Virus record (IMG/VR): IMGVR_UViG_3300047547_000250
Span: 1-55,059 of that record
Strand: one strand, 5' to 3'
Length of the DNA: 55,059 nt
From: a virus
Taxonomy: Duplodnaviria > Caudoviricetes
This document shows positions 1 through 10,779 of this stretch, piece after piece. A model generated the notes under the pieces. The model saw only the letters and a list, made by a program, of their open reading frames with translations, was not told the DNA's origin and did not search any database. Both the position numbers and the translations under genes were made by a program. The stretch's first letter is position 1, and each line of letters starts with the position of its first letter.

Positions 1-777
1 ACATGGGATTTTTCTGGTCTAACAGTTGTAAATGCCAACGTCACTTTAAGAAACGTCATGACATTTGATCAAATGTCATTCAGTGATTGCATTTCAATTA
101 CTGCAAGTTCATGTACAGTGACTAATAGCAAAATTAGAACAGTATCAACAACCGCAAACTCGTTGGTGCTTAATGTATCATCTAGTATTTCTAATTGTGA
201 CATAAACACAACTAAAATTTCAGCAGGTGTTGCTCTTACTCAAGTGTCAACACCTTCAATTTTCACTAATTCAAATTTTGTTGGTTCTGCATCTACAGGA
301 CATGCAATTGAAATAACAACACCCGGAACATATTCTTTTTCGGGTAACGTATTTTCTGGCTATGGCGCTACAGGCTCTACTAGTGCAGCAATTTATAACA
401 ATTCAGGCGGTGCAGTAACATTGAACATTGCAGGCGGCGGTTCTGTTCCAACGTATCGAAATGGTGCATCTGCTACTACAACAGTCGTTGCTGCTGCAAA
501 CGTTACATTGACTGGGTTGAAATCTGACTCTGAAGTCAGAGCATATCTAGGAACAGACTATGCAACATCAACTGAGTTAGCTGGCACCGAATCTTCTGGT
601 ACAAGTTTCAATTTCTCACAATCTGTTTCAGGACAAAACGGATATATTCAGATATTCCATGTAGATTACCAACCTATTACATTACCAATTACGTATTCAG
701 GTGTAGATCAATCAATTCCAATTCAGCAAACAACTGATAGACAGTACGCACGAGGATCAATCTTTACACCCGGTTAA
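1..777 (+). CDS. Virion structural protein with beta-helix-like Ser/Thr/Asn-rich region (5' partial)
   Basis: The frame is open from base 1 (TWDFSGLTVVNANV...), so the true start is upstream of the window. Composition resembles a parallel beta-helix (NSNF/GNVFSG/AIYNNSGG); neighbours are structural genes. Confidence 0.55.
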   Translation, partial: TWDFSGLTVVNANVTLRNVMTFDQMSFSDCISITASSCTVTNSKIRTVSTTANSLVLNVSSSISNCDINTTKISAGVALTQVSTPSIFTNSNFVGSASTGHAIEITTPGTYSFSGNVFSGYGATGSTSAAIYNNSGGAVTLNIAGGGSVPTYRNGASATTTVVAAANVTLTGLKSDSEVRAYLGTDYATSTELAGTESSGTSFNFSQSVSGQNGYIQIFHVDYQPITLPITYSGVDQSIPIQQTTDRQYARGSIFTPG

Positions 778-780
778 TCT

Positions 781-786
781 TAAATA
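781..786 (+). promoter_or_regulatory. T4-like late promoter core TAAATA
   Basis: TAAATA in the short gap before ORF 824, followed by an AAGGA RBS. The same hexamer recurs in other gaps before structural genes. Confidence 0.55.
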
Positions 787-823
787 GTCATAGAAGTATT
801 TTATAACATAAGGAAAATAATAA

Positions 824-2566
824 ATGGCAGCTTATACAGAACTTCCTATCGTTGATCCCGATGAGCTAGGGTATCACGTTGGTACAGAAGGAACATTTGC
901 AACCACATTCTCTGCATCAACTGAAGAATTGGTTATTAACGTTACTACAAAAACTATAGCGTTGAAAGTAACTGGTAACTTGGATCAAGATGGTGCAACT
1001 GTAAAGGCAGTGTACTCAAAACTAAAAGATGCATGGCGCTCAAATGCAACACTAATTAAGTTCCCATTCCCAATGGGTCCAATTACGGATGAACAGTTTG
1101 AATTGATTAACGGCTGGAACTGGGATAAAACTCAGTCATCAGGTGCAGCAACTCAAACAACTGTTGAATTGCTACGCACTGGTGGTTGGTCTGTAGTGTC
1201 TGGTGGTGTAGACTTAGAGCGTTGGACAAACGTCATTACTCTAGGTTCTCTAGGTTCCACTGACCAAGTTTACTACCAACAAGTTGATGCTGATACAGCA
1301 TCCGTAAACTTCAAGCTGACTGGTAAAGTAAACCAAGCTATCCAAGTTTGGTCTGATCCAAACGGCGACGGTAACGTCGCTGATGGCTACAACCGCACAA
1401 CGTACTTGAAGATATTCGTACGTGAGTGGGAAAAGATTTATGCACAGTCCGAAATATTCGATATTGGTGTGGCAACAATTCTACCACAAGCATATCGTTA
1501 TCCGTTAACAAACTCAGCTGACTTGAAGATTACAGTAACAACTGCTAATATTGGTACTGAGTTGGATACTGGGTATCCTGGCACGCCTGGTCTACCCAAC
1601 GTTGGTGTCTATGCCAACGTTCGCATTGACTACTTGCGTGACACTAACAGCAATTTCTATGTTGTTCGTGGTGACTTTGCATCTGCAACTGCATATGTTA
1701 TTGGCAACGTTGTTAAAGACACAGGTAACAGCAGATGGTACAAGTGTATTCTTGGTTACACCTCAACTGCGACTTTGCCTTCTGCAAACGCAACTAACTG
1801 GGCAGCATACGAAGGTGAGCGTCTAATTGGTAGCAACTATTATCCATTCACGATTATTGTCGATGGTGATACTGGTGTTGCTGCTTCTGGGTCTGGTGCT
1901 GCTAGAACTGGTCAAATTTATACTGCGGTTCAATACCAATTGAAACTTGCAACTGATATTGACGATGCAGTTGGCGCAGTTACTGGTAAGACTGCTTCTT
2001 CGTTGCTAAGATTCGTTGGTGATACGCTAGTTACATCTGCTGGTGTATATGTTGACTCGTTCAATGCACAAGATACTAACAGTATTACATTCACTGATGC
2101 ATTGGGGTCTGCTAGGACTTTCCCATATGTTGCTGCATTGACTGTTAACTTTGGTACCAACTTGCAAGATGACCAATATGCAAAATATTGGGTATTCTTT
2201 ACCAATGATGATGCTGGCTCCAATAGTGGTCGCGATTTCGCTACAACAAACGCTATTATTGTTAAAGATGCTGATGGCATTGATATGACAGGTGATGTAA
2301 ACCCAGCTTGGCCTACTAAGCGTGTATCAGTTTCACACACATACAACTATGATTCAAATGACCAACGTGGCGTGGGTACATACAACTCAGGTGATGGTGT
2401 AGGTGACTCCGCCAAGACCAATGCACCGATTACCGTAGTTGGTATTGGTCTAAGAACGGGTCAGTACGTTATTGCAACAGGTACTATTGAGAAATCAACC
2501 GGTAATTCAGTTACAATCACGTCATCGCTAGAAAGAAACTATAGTCAAGGTACAACGTATCCTTAA
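824..2566 (+). CDS. Virion structural protein with small CBM5/12-like insert
   Basis: 580 aa with RBS and late-promoter motif. The insert FASATAYVIGNVVKD...WYKCILGYTS...P...NWAAY resembles a CBM5/12-like module. Confidence 0.55.
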   Translation: MAAYTELPIVDPDELGYHVGTEGTFATTFSASTEELVINVTTKTIALKVTGNLDQDGATVKAVYSKLKDAWRSNATLIKFPFPMGPITDEQFELINGWNWDKTQSSGAATQTTVELLRTGGWSVVSGGVDLERWTNVITLGSLGSTDQVYYQQVDADTASVNFKLTGKVNQAIQVWSDPNGDGNVADGYNRTTYLKIFVREWEKIYAQSEIFDIGVATILPQAYRYPLTNSADLKITVTTANIGTELDTGYPGTPGLPNVGVYANVRIDYLRDTNSNFYVVRGDFASATAYVIGNVVKDTGNSRWYKCILGYTSTATLPSANATNWAAYEGERLIGSNYYPFTIIVDGDTGVAASGSGAARTGQIYTAVQYQLKLATDIDDAVGAVTGKTASSLLRFVGDTLVTSAGVYVDSFNAQDTNSITFTDALGSARTFPYVAALTVNFGTNLQDDQYAKYWVFFTNDDAGSNSGRDFATTNAIIVKDADGIDMTGDVNPAWPTKRVSVSHTYNYDSNDQRGVGTYNSGDGVGDSAKTNAPITVVGIGLRTGQYVIATGTIEKSTGNSVTITSSLERNYSQGTTYP

Positions 2567-2572
2567 TGTAGA

Positions 2573-2623
2573 TTGATATAGGGTGAACGTGTGATATAAT
2601 AACATTCACACGTTCACCCTTTT
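2573..2623 (+). promoter_or_regulatory. 15-bp inverted repeat (terminator-like) overlapping a sigma70-like promoter
   Basis: Arms AGGGTGAACGTGTGA 2580-2594 and TCACACGTTCACCCT 2606-2620, followed by TTT. TTGATA 2573-2578 and TG-a-TATAAT 2592-2600, with the -10 box in the loop. Confidence 0.55.
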
Positions 2624-2668
2624 CACATACTCTAAATAGTTTAACGAAACATACTAGAAAATACATAT

Positions 2669-3247
2669 ATGACTACTAGAAGTGAATATCGCAATGCTTG
2701 TTTTAGAGCCAAGAAAAACGTTCTAGCTGATAAGCAATTACCATTAATTGAAGAAATAAAAGTTCTGATGGAACCGCATCAGCACTGGAGTAATTTTTCA
2801 GTTGAATGGGATATTATGATAAACAAAGATAAACAGCTGTCTATCATTACACCCGAGTCAAATTATGATTATGCACATAATACATTGTTAGAAGCATCGT
2901 TGTTGTTTAGAAAAGATATTCCGTTTGATGACTTCGATGATCGTCAAATGAACATTGTGAACATTATTGATTCACTAATGCTTGATGGTGTAATGACGTG
3001 GGGTAACTACAATAAAGTATGGGGTATAGCACTAGATCCAGTTACTAAGCAATTTAGTACGTTGTTATATAAAGAAACAAAGAATCAGTTAGATGTAACT
3101 GATGAGATGATCAAAGCATCAATGAAAGATGCAGATGGTTCTGCATTTACGTCGCCAAAAACAGAAACTGTTTTAGAAGCAAACCCAATGGATGTTGCAC
3201 AACAAAAAGCATTCGAAGAGTTTTTAGCTAAAAAATATGCCAAGTAA
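2669..3247 (+). CDS. Hypothetical protein with internally duplicated W-x-N-[FY]-x-x-x-W motif
   Basis: 192 aa ORF containing HWSNFSVEWDI and TWGNYNKVWGI. TAAATA at 2633-2638 upstream. Confidence 0.6.
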   Translation: MTTRSEYRNACFRAKKNVLADKQLPLIEEIKVLMEPHQHWSNFSVEWDIMINKDKQLSIITPESNYDYAHNTLLEASLLFRKDIPFDDFDDRQMNIVNIIDSLMLDGVMTWGNYNKVWGIALDPVTKQFSTLLYKETKNQLDVTDEMIKASMKDADGSAFTSPKTETVLEANPMDVAQQKAFEEFLAKKYAK

Positions 3248-3257
3248 GGATTAACAG

Positions 3258-4616
3258 ATGGCAACATCATACGTTAGAGTACCACCGGACAGTACCGGCA
3301 AGAAAGTTTTTTCAAAAGAGCACGTAATAGGTGCCGATACTGTTCAAACACAGGTAATTCACGTTGCCGATTCAACTGACCCAACTCAAGCGCTAGCCAT
3401 CAATGCAACTGGTGCAGCTTCTGTAACATTTGCAGAAGGTCAGCCAACAATGTCTGGTTTTGGTTCATTGAAAACAAGTTCTGAAAGAGTTCTTGGCGTA
3501 TACGAAAGTTCACTGGATACATACGAAGCATTATTTTCAACTGTAACTGCTAATGGCGGGGTATCTAACTATACCCCAAGTGAATCAAGTCAAGTGCTAT
3601 TAGTAAACAGCACAAGTGGCAGTCGATCAATGATAATGACCAATCGTTATCATTATTATACACCTGGAACATCAAGTCTGTTTAAGATGACTGTTTCTTG
3701 TGGTGATGCAGGTAAAGTTGGTAATATTCGTCGTTGGGGTGCTTTTGATCAAAACGATGGCATCTTTTTTGAATTATATGAAACTACTGTAAATGTAGTA
3801 ATTCGTTCATCAACATCAGGTTCGGTTGTTGAAAATCGTGTTGCACAATCTGCATGGAATCACGATAAACTGAATGGAACTGGTCTTAGTTCACATACAT
3901 TGAACATCACTGGGATTAATGTATTCTGGATGGACTATCAGTGGCTTGGTGCAGGCAGAGTTCGTTTTGGTATCTACACACCAGATGGTTCTCGTGTTGT
4001 ATGTCATCAATTTGAAAATGCTGGTTTAAATTCTCTACCATACATGCGTACTGGTACGCTACCAGCAGCATTAGAAAACGTTAACACTGCGTCAACGGGT
4101 GCTTCAAGTGAATTACGTTCAGTCTGTATTGGTGTATATACAGAAGGTACATATGAAGATTATGCTTTCTGGAGATTTTCCGACGTTGATAGAAACATTA
4201 CTGGAGTAACAACTAATACCGTTGCATTCAGTATCAGAACATTATCTACATTCAACGGTAAGCATAATCACGTTGTTGTATACCCAGAAACATTGAATGT
4301 TTGGTGTGATCAACCAGTAGCAGTAACTATGTGGCAAGCAACAAGCGTAACTGGTGGAACATGGGATGCATTAGCATCTACATGTGAAGTAAACTATACC
4401 GGAACAGTTGATACAACAGGTTCACAAAAATTTAAAACTTTGTATTTCAATACCGGCGCAGAAGCATTCGATCTTGATAAATTCTTCGAGAAAAATGATG
4501 AAGGTATTCTAACCAGTGCGACTGGTGTCCCAGAAGTTTGGTCATTCTTAGTAACTAAACTTACAGCTGCTTCAACAAATGCATCGTTGAATCTAGGTTA
4601 CAAGGAATTGTGGTAA
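3258..4616 (+). CDS. Virion protein, beta-sandwich/lectin-like domain
   Basis: Motifs RYHYYTPG, RRWGAFDQNDGIFF, MDYQWLGAGRVRFG, CHQF and YMRTGTLP are typical of a widespread viral structural family. AAGGA RBS. Confidence 0.5.
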   Translation: MATSYVRVPPDSTGKKVFSKEHVIGADTVQTQVIHVADSTDPTQALAINATGAASVTFAEGQPTMSGFGSLKTSSERVLGVYESSLDTYEALFSTVTANGGVSNYTPSESSQVLLVNSTSGSRSMIMTNRYHYYTPGTSSLFKMTVSCGDAGKVGNIRRWGAFDQNDGIFFELYETTVNVVIRSSTSGSVVENRVAQSAWNHDKLNGTGLSSHTLNITGINVFWMDYQWLGAGRVRFGIYTPDGSRVVCHQFENAGLNSLPYMRTGTLPAALENVNTASTGASSELRSVCIGVYTEGTYEDYAFWRFSDVDRNITGVTTNTVAFSIRTLSTFNGKHNHVVVYPETLNVWCDQPVAVTMWQATSVTGGTWDALASTCEVNYTGTVDTTGSQKFKTLYFNTGAEAFDLDKFFEKNDEGILTSATGVPEVWSFLVTKLTAASTNASLNLGYKELW

Positions 4617-4619
4617 TAC

Positions 4620-5450
4620 ATGCTTCTGTCTCTATCACCAAACTGGTGGGAAGATTGGGAATTATACCACAAAGTTGTATTTGATGGTATTAATAGACTG
4701 ATCATAATCACTCCAAATGCTAGTAGCATATCAGTTAAAACTGATATCTATTCGGCATGGAAGGAGTGGCTCAGCTTGCGTGACAATGCAAAGTTCCTAC
4801 CAGCAATTAGAACAACAGGTGGTGACCCAACAGGTAATTCTCAATACACTGGTGATGTATACTTCTTGATTAATAATTGGAGAATACTAGTTGATCATAG
4901 TTGTGATGTAGATGGCGTGATCTACTCCGATGACTTTCCAAGTCCATTTATTCAACAAGAAGGTACTCAGATTGTTACAAACAAAGTATCTGCACTTGTT
5001 AATATTGTATCTACATCTGGTACAGTGGGTGGTGATGTACCAACAGCGTCTGAGGTTGCAAATGCAGTATGGACAAATACATCTAGAACTCTAACACAGA
5101 CACCTACATACAATGGACCATCAGTAGTTCAAATTAGACAAGAGTTAGATACAAACAGTTCAAAACTTCAACAGCTAGTAACCAATACACAAAGTATTCC
5201 TTCTGCTAATACAATTGCAGATGCAGTCAGGGTTGAATTGACTCCTGAACTAACAAAGATAATGACTTTGGAAAACAATCCAGGGTTAACAGTTTCTCAA
5301 GCAACAATGCTTGCAGAATTGTATGCAATCATGGGGTTAGATCCAACTAAACCTCTAATTGTCACACAAAATCAGAGAACTGCTGGTGCTGGTATAAACC
5401 AAAACATTACAACATCACAGACTCAAACAACTGTAACTAGAAATGTTTGA
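4620..5450 (+). CDS. Putative virion protein
   Basis: 276 aa. DIYSAWKEW...AKFLPAI...FLINNW resembles the N-terminal domain of ORF 824; the C-terminus has a VANAVW-type repeat. Confidence 0.5.
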   Translation: MLLSLSPNWWEDWELYHKVVFDGINRLIIITPNASSISVKTDIYSAWKEWLSLRDNAKFLPAIRTTGGDPTGNSQYTGDVYFLINNWRILVDHSCDVDGVIYSDDFPSPFIQQEGTQIVTNKVSALVNIVSTSGTVGGDVPTASEVANAVWTNTSRTLTQTPTYNGPSVVQIRQELDTNSSKLQQLVTNTQSIPSANTIADAVRVELTPELTKIMTLENNPGLTVSQATMLAELYAIMGLDPTKPLIVTQNQRTAGAGINQNITTSQTQTTVTRNV

Positions 5451-5808
5451 TACTCGTAATATGGCAACACTGGGGTTATACCCTGGGTTGACTACTCTAC
5501 GTTCAATTGCCAATATGGGGCATTTTGAAGTAGAAATAATAATTGAACCAGAAGTACCATCGTTTACAGGTGGTGGAGCATCTGGACCGTGGACAGTACC
5601 ACAAACTAAATATCTATTGAAGATCCGTGTCAGTCGAAAAGGCAAGACATGGGAATATAACTCGAAATTAAATCAGTCTACAGCAAAGGTGCTTGCAAAG
5701 TTTCTTGGTAGAGAATTGCCAGTAGTTAATGTAACTGATAGCAGATTAATAAAAACAGAACAACCAAACATTGAGGTAAGCCATGTTAGCACAACTAAAA
5801 TTGGATGA
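5443..5808 (+). CDS. Hypothetical protein
   Basis: 121 aa, overlapping and coupled with both neighbours. Confidence 0.6.
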   Translation: MFDTRNMATLGLYPGLTTLRSIANMGHFEVEIIIEPEVPSFTGGGASGPWTVPQTKYLLKIRVSRKGKTWEYNSKLNQSTAKVLAKFLGRELPVVNVTDSRLIKTEQPNIEVSHVSTTKIG

Positions 5809-6184
5809 AGCAGCTAAATTAGAATTTAGCGTTGCGATTTCAGGTACAGCAGAACCACCAGAGTACAGGTTTGTCGTTGAGCTAGACATGTTTTCTTTAA
5901 TGTTGAAATGTCGCCAAGTTGGTGAACAGATTGAAGTATCTATTCCACCATTAAAAAACATTACTGGTGCAGGCGATAAGGATGTTCGTTTAGAAGTTCT
6001 AATAGATGGCAAATTATTTGTGCCTCTAAAAGACGTTATCAATTTTGAACCATGTATTGAGATTGAATCAAAAGCAAAACCAGTTATTAAACCAGAAGAT
6101 ATGGTTAAGATTGGTCCAGTGTCTGTAAAGAAGCAGCCCGTAACTGAAGAAAAAGACGGATACTTAGTAATTAAGAAGGGTTGA
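5783..6184 (+). CDS. Hypothetical protein
   Basis: 133 aa with a GAGGT RBS. Confidence 0.65.
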   Translation: MLAQLKLDEAAKLEFSVAISGTAEPPEYRFVVELDMFSLMLKCRQVGEQIEVSIPPLKNITGAGDKDVRLEVLIDGKLFVPLKDVINFEPCIEIESKAKPVIKPEDMVKIGPVSVKKQPVTEEKDGYLVIKKG

Positions 6185-6185
6185 T

Positions 6186-8492
6186 ATGGTACAAGATAAT
6201 ACTGTAACAGGTGCTATTACAGAGGAATCAGTAGCATTTTTACTAGAAAATAAACTAGAAATTTTATCTGAGCAACAGTTAGAATTTCTAGTTGAGTCAC
6301 GTATTGACTTTATTAAGACAGCAAATAAAGACAAAATCAATACTGACCATGATCCTGAATCAGCAAAGATGAGTTCAGATGCTATTGTTGATCATATTGC
6401 ATCTAAAATTGACACATCTAAAAACAAAGCAAATACTCAATGGTTGGTTAATAGATACAAAGCAGGTGACTTTAAACTAGGTCATGGCAAAGATATCAAG
6501 AAAACAATGACCTCGTATGAGGCATCTAAAGATTTTCTTGAGAATAAAGATATAGGTTCATATAAATCAATATCACATCTTAAAGATGCATTAGTACCAG
6601 TACAAAGTGAAATCAAGTCCTTCAGTGAACGTAATGCTGAAGCTAAACGTGTAGACATGCCAGTTGTATTTGATGATGGCAGCAATAACATTGGATACAA
6701 AGTACCAAGTAGACAAACGTCCATAAACAACTATGGACCATCCGGCAAACTCGCTCATACAAATTGGTGTACTGCTGCCAATAGCTCAAGCAATATGTTC
6801 AATGGCTACAAAGGTGGTAAGTATACCTTACATCTGAACAATGGTCATATTCTTCAAGCACATTTTCAATCTAATCAACTTAAAGATATTAACAATTCAT
6901 CAATTGACTTGAATAAAGATAGTAGGTTTTCTTCTCATAAAGATACTATCAATGATTTCTTGAGCAAGACACACGAAGCAGAGGGTTCACCGACCACTAC
7001 TATTATCAATAAGCCCTCAATTTCATCAGCAAAATTTGATGAAATGCTACAGTCACATAAATCACTGATGGATTCAGTGAAATTAGACTCTAATGGTCAT
7101 GTGCCATACAATCAAGCACATAGACTACAGGATAGCACACTTAATATCGCAAACAGCATTAAGGATGCTGATATATCAGATCATCAATTCAATGAATTAA
7201 AGAGCTTTCATGGCATACATCGTACATCCAATTATGACTATGTAACTTCTCATTCAACTTTACAACATCATATACTGAATAACAAATTTGCTAACCCAAG
7301 TCATATTCATGAAGTTGCTAAAGACATAAACTTTAATGAGTTAACTTATGATAATAGAGAAGCCTTAGCAAAAATTGCAAAGCATCCTAATACATCAAGT
7401 GAAACCCATCATGCAATGATTGATGCAGCTCTTTCATCACCTAACAGTGATTTTATCAAAGATTATGCATCAAATGTATCACTGTATGGTAGCAATGTAT
7501 TGCCAGAACACTTAGCTAAAATTGATCACTTACACGGTCTAAAACACAATGCAATAATGAATAGTTCAGGTGCAGTTGTACCAGAACAATACTTCCATGA
7601 TTTAAAGGGATCAAGTGATGCACACGTTGCAATTTCATCACATCACAAGATACCTGAGAGTGTAGCAGATCATGTTTTACAAACAACGGATGATAAACAT
7701 ACACTGAACAATTTAGCAGTCAATCATGCTGTACCTGAACATATTGCTGGCTTAGCAATTGAAAAATCCAAATATGTTAACTTAACTGATTACATCAACC
7801 GTCCGACTGTTGATGAGAGAAGCATTTCTTCTGTTGCGTCTAGAGTTATTGATGGCCAAATAACATCGTCGTCAAATACTTGGTTACAGTCAAGGAAACT
7901 ACCTAGGCATATAGTTGAGCACGCTATTAACAGCAACGCAATAAAAAGTACAGTAAGTGAATATGGCAATTCAATTACAAACAACCCAAAAATCAAATCA
8001 GCTGATTTAGAAAAGTTAATAGATAATCCACATTATAATAGCAAAACTGGTGGGCATACAAATGCAGTTTTAAAATCACATGCAATAAATTCAAAAGTTA
8101 TTGATAAGCTATTTGAACATAATCATATCAATAGCGCAGCAACATCAACATTGTTAGATGAAGTTGATCCCACACATATTACACATGACCACATACATAA
8201 GATTCTTGACTCTAATGTAAATCTAAATTTGAAACATAGAATTTTAGTTGATCATTCTAAAGTTCAACTATCACATTTTAACAAAGTAAAGGGTGATAAT
8301 CGTTTCCATGGAGCTATTTCCAACTCTAAAAATGCACCACCTTCCATTTTACATGAATTATCTAGTTCACCGATGGAACACGTTCGTTTGAATGTTGCAA
8401 AGAATCCAAATACAGAAAATCGAACGCTACAAGCACTTAAAACAGATGCTTCACCTGAAGTAAGTCAAGTAGCAATTAAGAAGGCAAAATAA
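6186..8492 (+). CDS. Large His-rich protein with WCTA motif and C-terminal LRV/HEAT-like repeats; putative internal head protein
   Basis: N-terminal cluster of [LI]-x-E motifs, central TNWCTA motif, and AKHPNT/VRLNVAKNPNT helical repeats. Confidence 0.5.
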   Translation: MVQDNTVTGAITEESVAFLLENKLEILSEQQLEFLVESRIDFIKTANKDKINTDHDPESAKMSSDAIVDHIASKIDTSKNKANTQWLVNRYKAGDFKLGHGKDIKKTMTSYEASKDFLENKDIGSYKSISHLKDALVPVQSEIKSFSERNAEAKRVDMPVVFDDGSNNIGYKVPSRQTSINNYGPSGKLAHTNWCTAANSSSNMFNGYKGGKYTLHLNNGHILQAHFQSNQLKDINNSSIDLNKDSRFSSHKDTINDFLSKTHEAEGSPTTTIINKPSISSAKFDEMLQSHKSLMDSVKLDSNGHVPYNQAHRLQDSTLNIANSIKDADISDHQFNELKSFHGIHRTSNYDYVTSHSTLQHHILNNKFANPSHIHEVAKDINFNELTYDNREALAKIAKHPNTSSETHHAMIDAALSSPNSDFIKDYASNVSLYGSNVLPEHLAKIDHLHGLKHNAIMNSSGAVVPEQYFHDLKGSSDAHVAISSHHKIPESVADHVLQTTDDKHTLNNLAVNHAVPEHIAGLAIEKSKYVNLTDYINRPTVDERSISSVASRVIDGQITSSSNTWLQSRKLPRHIVEHAINSNAIKSTVSEYGNSITNNPKIKSADLEKLIDNPHYNSKTGGHTNAVLKSHAINSKVIDKLFEHNHINSAATSTLLDEVDPTHITHDHIHKILDSNVNLNLKHRILVDHSKVQLSHFNKVKGDNRFHGAISNSKNAPPSILHELSSSPMEHVRLNVAKNPNTENRTLQALKTDASPEVSQVAIKKAK

Positions 8493-9412
8493 TGGACTTT
8501 AAAATTAAAAAAATCGATGATACAACAAGCGTATATCATGATAGTTTAACAAATGATCCAATTGCTGTATGTAAGACCGTAAACAATAAGTACAAATCTG
8601 GTAAAACGTATCATATAGCATGGCATCCTGATGCCAGGAAGCTGTATTCGTTAACAAACGATTTAACACATACAAACTTTAGTACAACTGAGTCATCAGC
8701 AGCAGTTGGTACTCTTATTGAAAGAAAATACCACGAAGTTCAAAATTCTACCACAAAAGATCCTCTACATGCAGTGTTTGCAGGAAAGATTACAAAGCCA
8801 AATCAAACTAAAGACGCATCAGATGATATTGAGTTTCATGAATTTCATTTACACGATGCAGACAACAAGCATGTTGCATCAATGTATGTTAATTCAAAAT
8901 TAGCATCTGACATTGGTGTTAATCCTGAAAGTTTTAATACAAGTTACAACAATGACAAGTATAGATTAGCTCATCTAGTATTCCATGGTGAACAACCAAC
9001 AGCGGAAAAGTTTTCACAGTCAACAAAAAAGCACCCTGGCAATGACCCAATTGCAATGATGCATCAAGTGAGACACTGGTTGGATACAAAGGATAAAGAA
9101 CCTTCGTTTGTTGGTCATTACAAACAAACTGGATTACATGTCTATAAAACTAAACTAACTCCAGAGAATGCAACCATTGCATATGTAAATCATCTTAAAA
9201 GCGACTCTGCATATGATACCCATAAGTTTGAACATGTATCACCTACAGTGACTATAGCAAAGAAAAAATCTTCAAATAGTAGTATGTACTCAACTCATGG
9301 AATGTATGAAATCATTGATTCGTCTACACCCGGACAGTTGCATCACATCAAACATGAAATTCATCCAGTGGATAGCTATAAAACAGAACCATTGAACAAA
9401 ATTATTGAATAA
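8492..9412 (+). CDS. Hypothetical His-rich protein
   Basis: 306 aa, TAATG-coupled to the upstream gene. Confidence 0.6.
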   Translation: MDFKIKKIDDTTSVYHDSLTNDPIAVCKTVNNKYKSGKTYHIAWHPDARKLYSLTNDLTHTNFSTTESSAAVGTLIERKYHEVQNSTTKDPLHAVFAGKITKPNQTKDASDDIEFHEFHLHDADNKHVASMYVNSKLASDIGVNPESFNTSYNNDKYRLAHLVFHGEQPTAEKFSQSTKKHPGNDPIAMMHQVRHWLDTKDKEPSFVGHYKQTGLHVYKTKLTPENATIAYVNHLKSDSAYDTHKFEHVSPTVTIAKKKSSNSSMYSTHGMYEIIDSSTPGQLHHIKHEIHPVDSYKTEPLNKIIE

Positions 9413-9433
9413 ATACTCAAAAGGATACACCAA

Positions 9434-10339
9434 ATGATTAAAGGTAAAAGTTTTCTACAGCGTCTAGATGAATCTACATTTGATGAACAGATTGTAGCTA
9501 TTAGCAACAAAGTAACTACGGATACACATATTGATGATATTCGTGTAGTTGTCGAAGAATTAAAAACTGTTCCAGATTACAAAAAGCAATCTCTTGTTGA
9601 GTATATTGATAAGAATCGAGATAAATTATTGTCTCTTTCTACATATACTGAAGGTGACCCAGTACAAGTATCAGATGACTTTGCACCACATGCAAGCAAG
9701 CATGGTAAAGTGATTTCAAAAGGTGCAGTTGTTGGTTCATACAAAGTTAAATTTGAAGATGGTGAATATGATGTTCCTGAACATCATCTAACACGTAAAG
9801 ATTCAATTGCAACTGAATCACATACCATTGACGCTGCACCTGTTGAAGTTGTAGAACACAAATGCATTGCTGTAACGCATTCAGGCAAGTTTCTAAAAAT
9901 TATCCTTGAATCAATCGACGGTTCAGACGAACTAATTGAAGAACAATTAGGTGAATCTGTATACGTTGTATTTCCAGAATCAATTACTGAATCATTTGTT
10001 AATAATGTGTCTGAATCAATGACAGATGAACAACAAAAGAAACGTGAAGAAATTGTTCTAGCAATGAAGAATAACGAATCCGAGTTAAAGAAGCGTTATG
10101 GTGATAAGTGGGAAAGTGTAATGTATGCAATTGCTACTAAAAAGGCAATGGGTGAATCACTAGAAGAAGCAACTCAGGATGTTATCTTTAAGCACACTAC
10201 ATCAAATGGTACAATCAAAATCGTGAAACGTGGTGAATACTTTGATGTAGAGCAACTAGATAGTCATGGATCCATGGTTGACTCTCATATGTATAGCTCT
10301 GCAAAAGAAGCAGAGGCAGCAGTACAGGATTTGATGTGA
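9434..10339 (+). CDS. Acidic putative prohead core/internal head protein with SH3/KOW-like segment
   Basis: TAAATA at 9410-9415 and AAGGA RBS. Many [LIV]-x-E sites and a KKREEIVLAMK...RYGDKWESVMYAIATKKA motif. Confidence 0.5.
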   Translation: MIKGKSFLQRLDESTFDEQIVAISNKVTTDTHIDDIRVVVEELKTVPDYKKQSLVEYIDKNRDKLLSLSTYTEGDPVQVSDDFAPHASKHGKVISKGAVVGSYKVKFEDGEYDVPEHHLTRKDSIATESHTIDAAPVEVVEHKCIAVTHSGKFLKIILESIDGSDELIEEQLGESVYVVFPESITESFVNNVSESMTDEQQKKREEIVLAMKNNESELKKRYGDKWESVMYAIATKKAMGESLEEATQDVIFKHTTSNGTIKIVKRGEYFDVEQLDSHGSMVDSHMYSSAKEAEAAVQDLM

Positions 10340-10779
10340 ACAATGCTCTAATTAAAACATTGAACCAAGCTCTAGCAGACTCTTTTGAGTTCTATGCTAG
10401 AGCACATGGTATGCACTGGAACGTTGAAGGAACACTGTTTCCGTTGTACCATAAATTCTTTGGCGATATCTACTTAGAAGTGTATGGTGCTATTGATATT
10501 TTTGCGGAAGAAATTCGTGCAGCAGGTGGGTATGTTGGATATGGCACGGACCACTTCTCTAAATCTAATGTACTACCTGATACCAAACAAATCATGGGGT
10601 CAGATCTCGTTGCAATGTTAAACGAGCTTGACATGAGCAATGAAATTGTTTTAAAATCTCTGAATGCTGCGTTCTCTTTAGCAGAGAAAGATAATGCTCA
10701 AGGTCTAATGGATTTCTTGGCTGCTAGAATTGATGCACATAAAAAACATGCATGGATGATTAAAAGCTGCAATAAATGA
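10336..10779 (+). CDS. dps: Dps/ferritin-like DNA protection protein
   Basis: Ferroxidase signature HGMHWNVEG..F...H.FF..IY, D.FAEEIR and C-terminal HKKHAWM. Confidence 0.92.
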   Translation: MNNALIKTLNQALADSFEFYARAHGMHWNVEGTLFPLYHKFFGDIYLEVYGAIDIFAEEIRAAGGYVGYGTDHFSKSNVLPDTKQIMGSDLVAMLNELDMSNEIVLKSLNAAFSLAEKDNAQGLMDFLAARIDAHKKHAWMIKSCNK

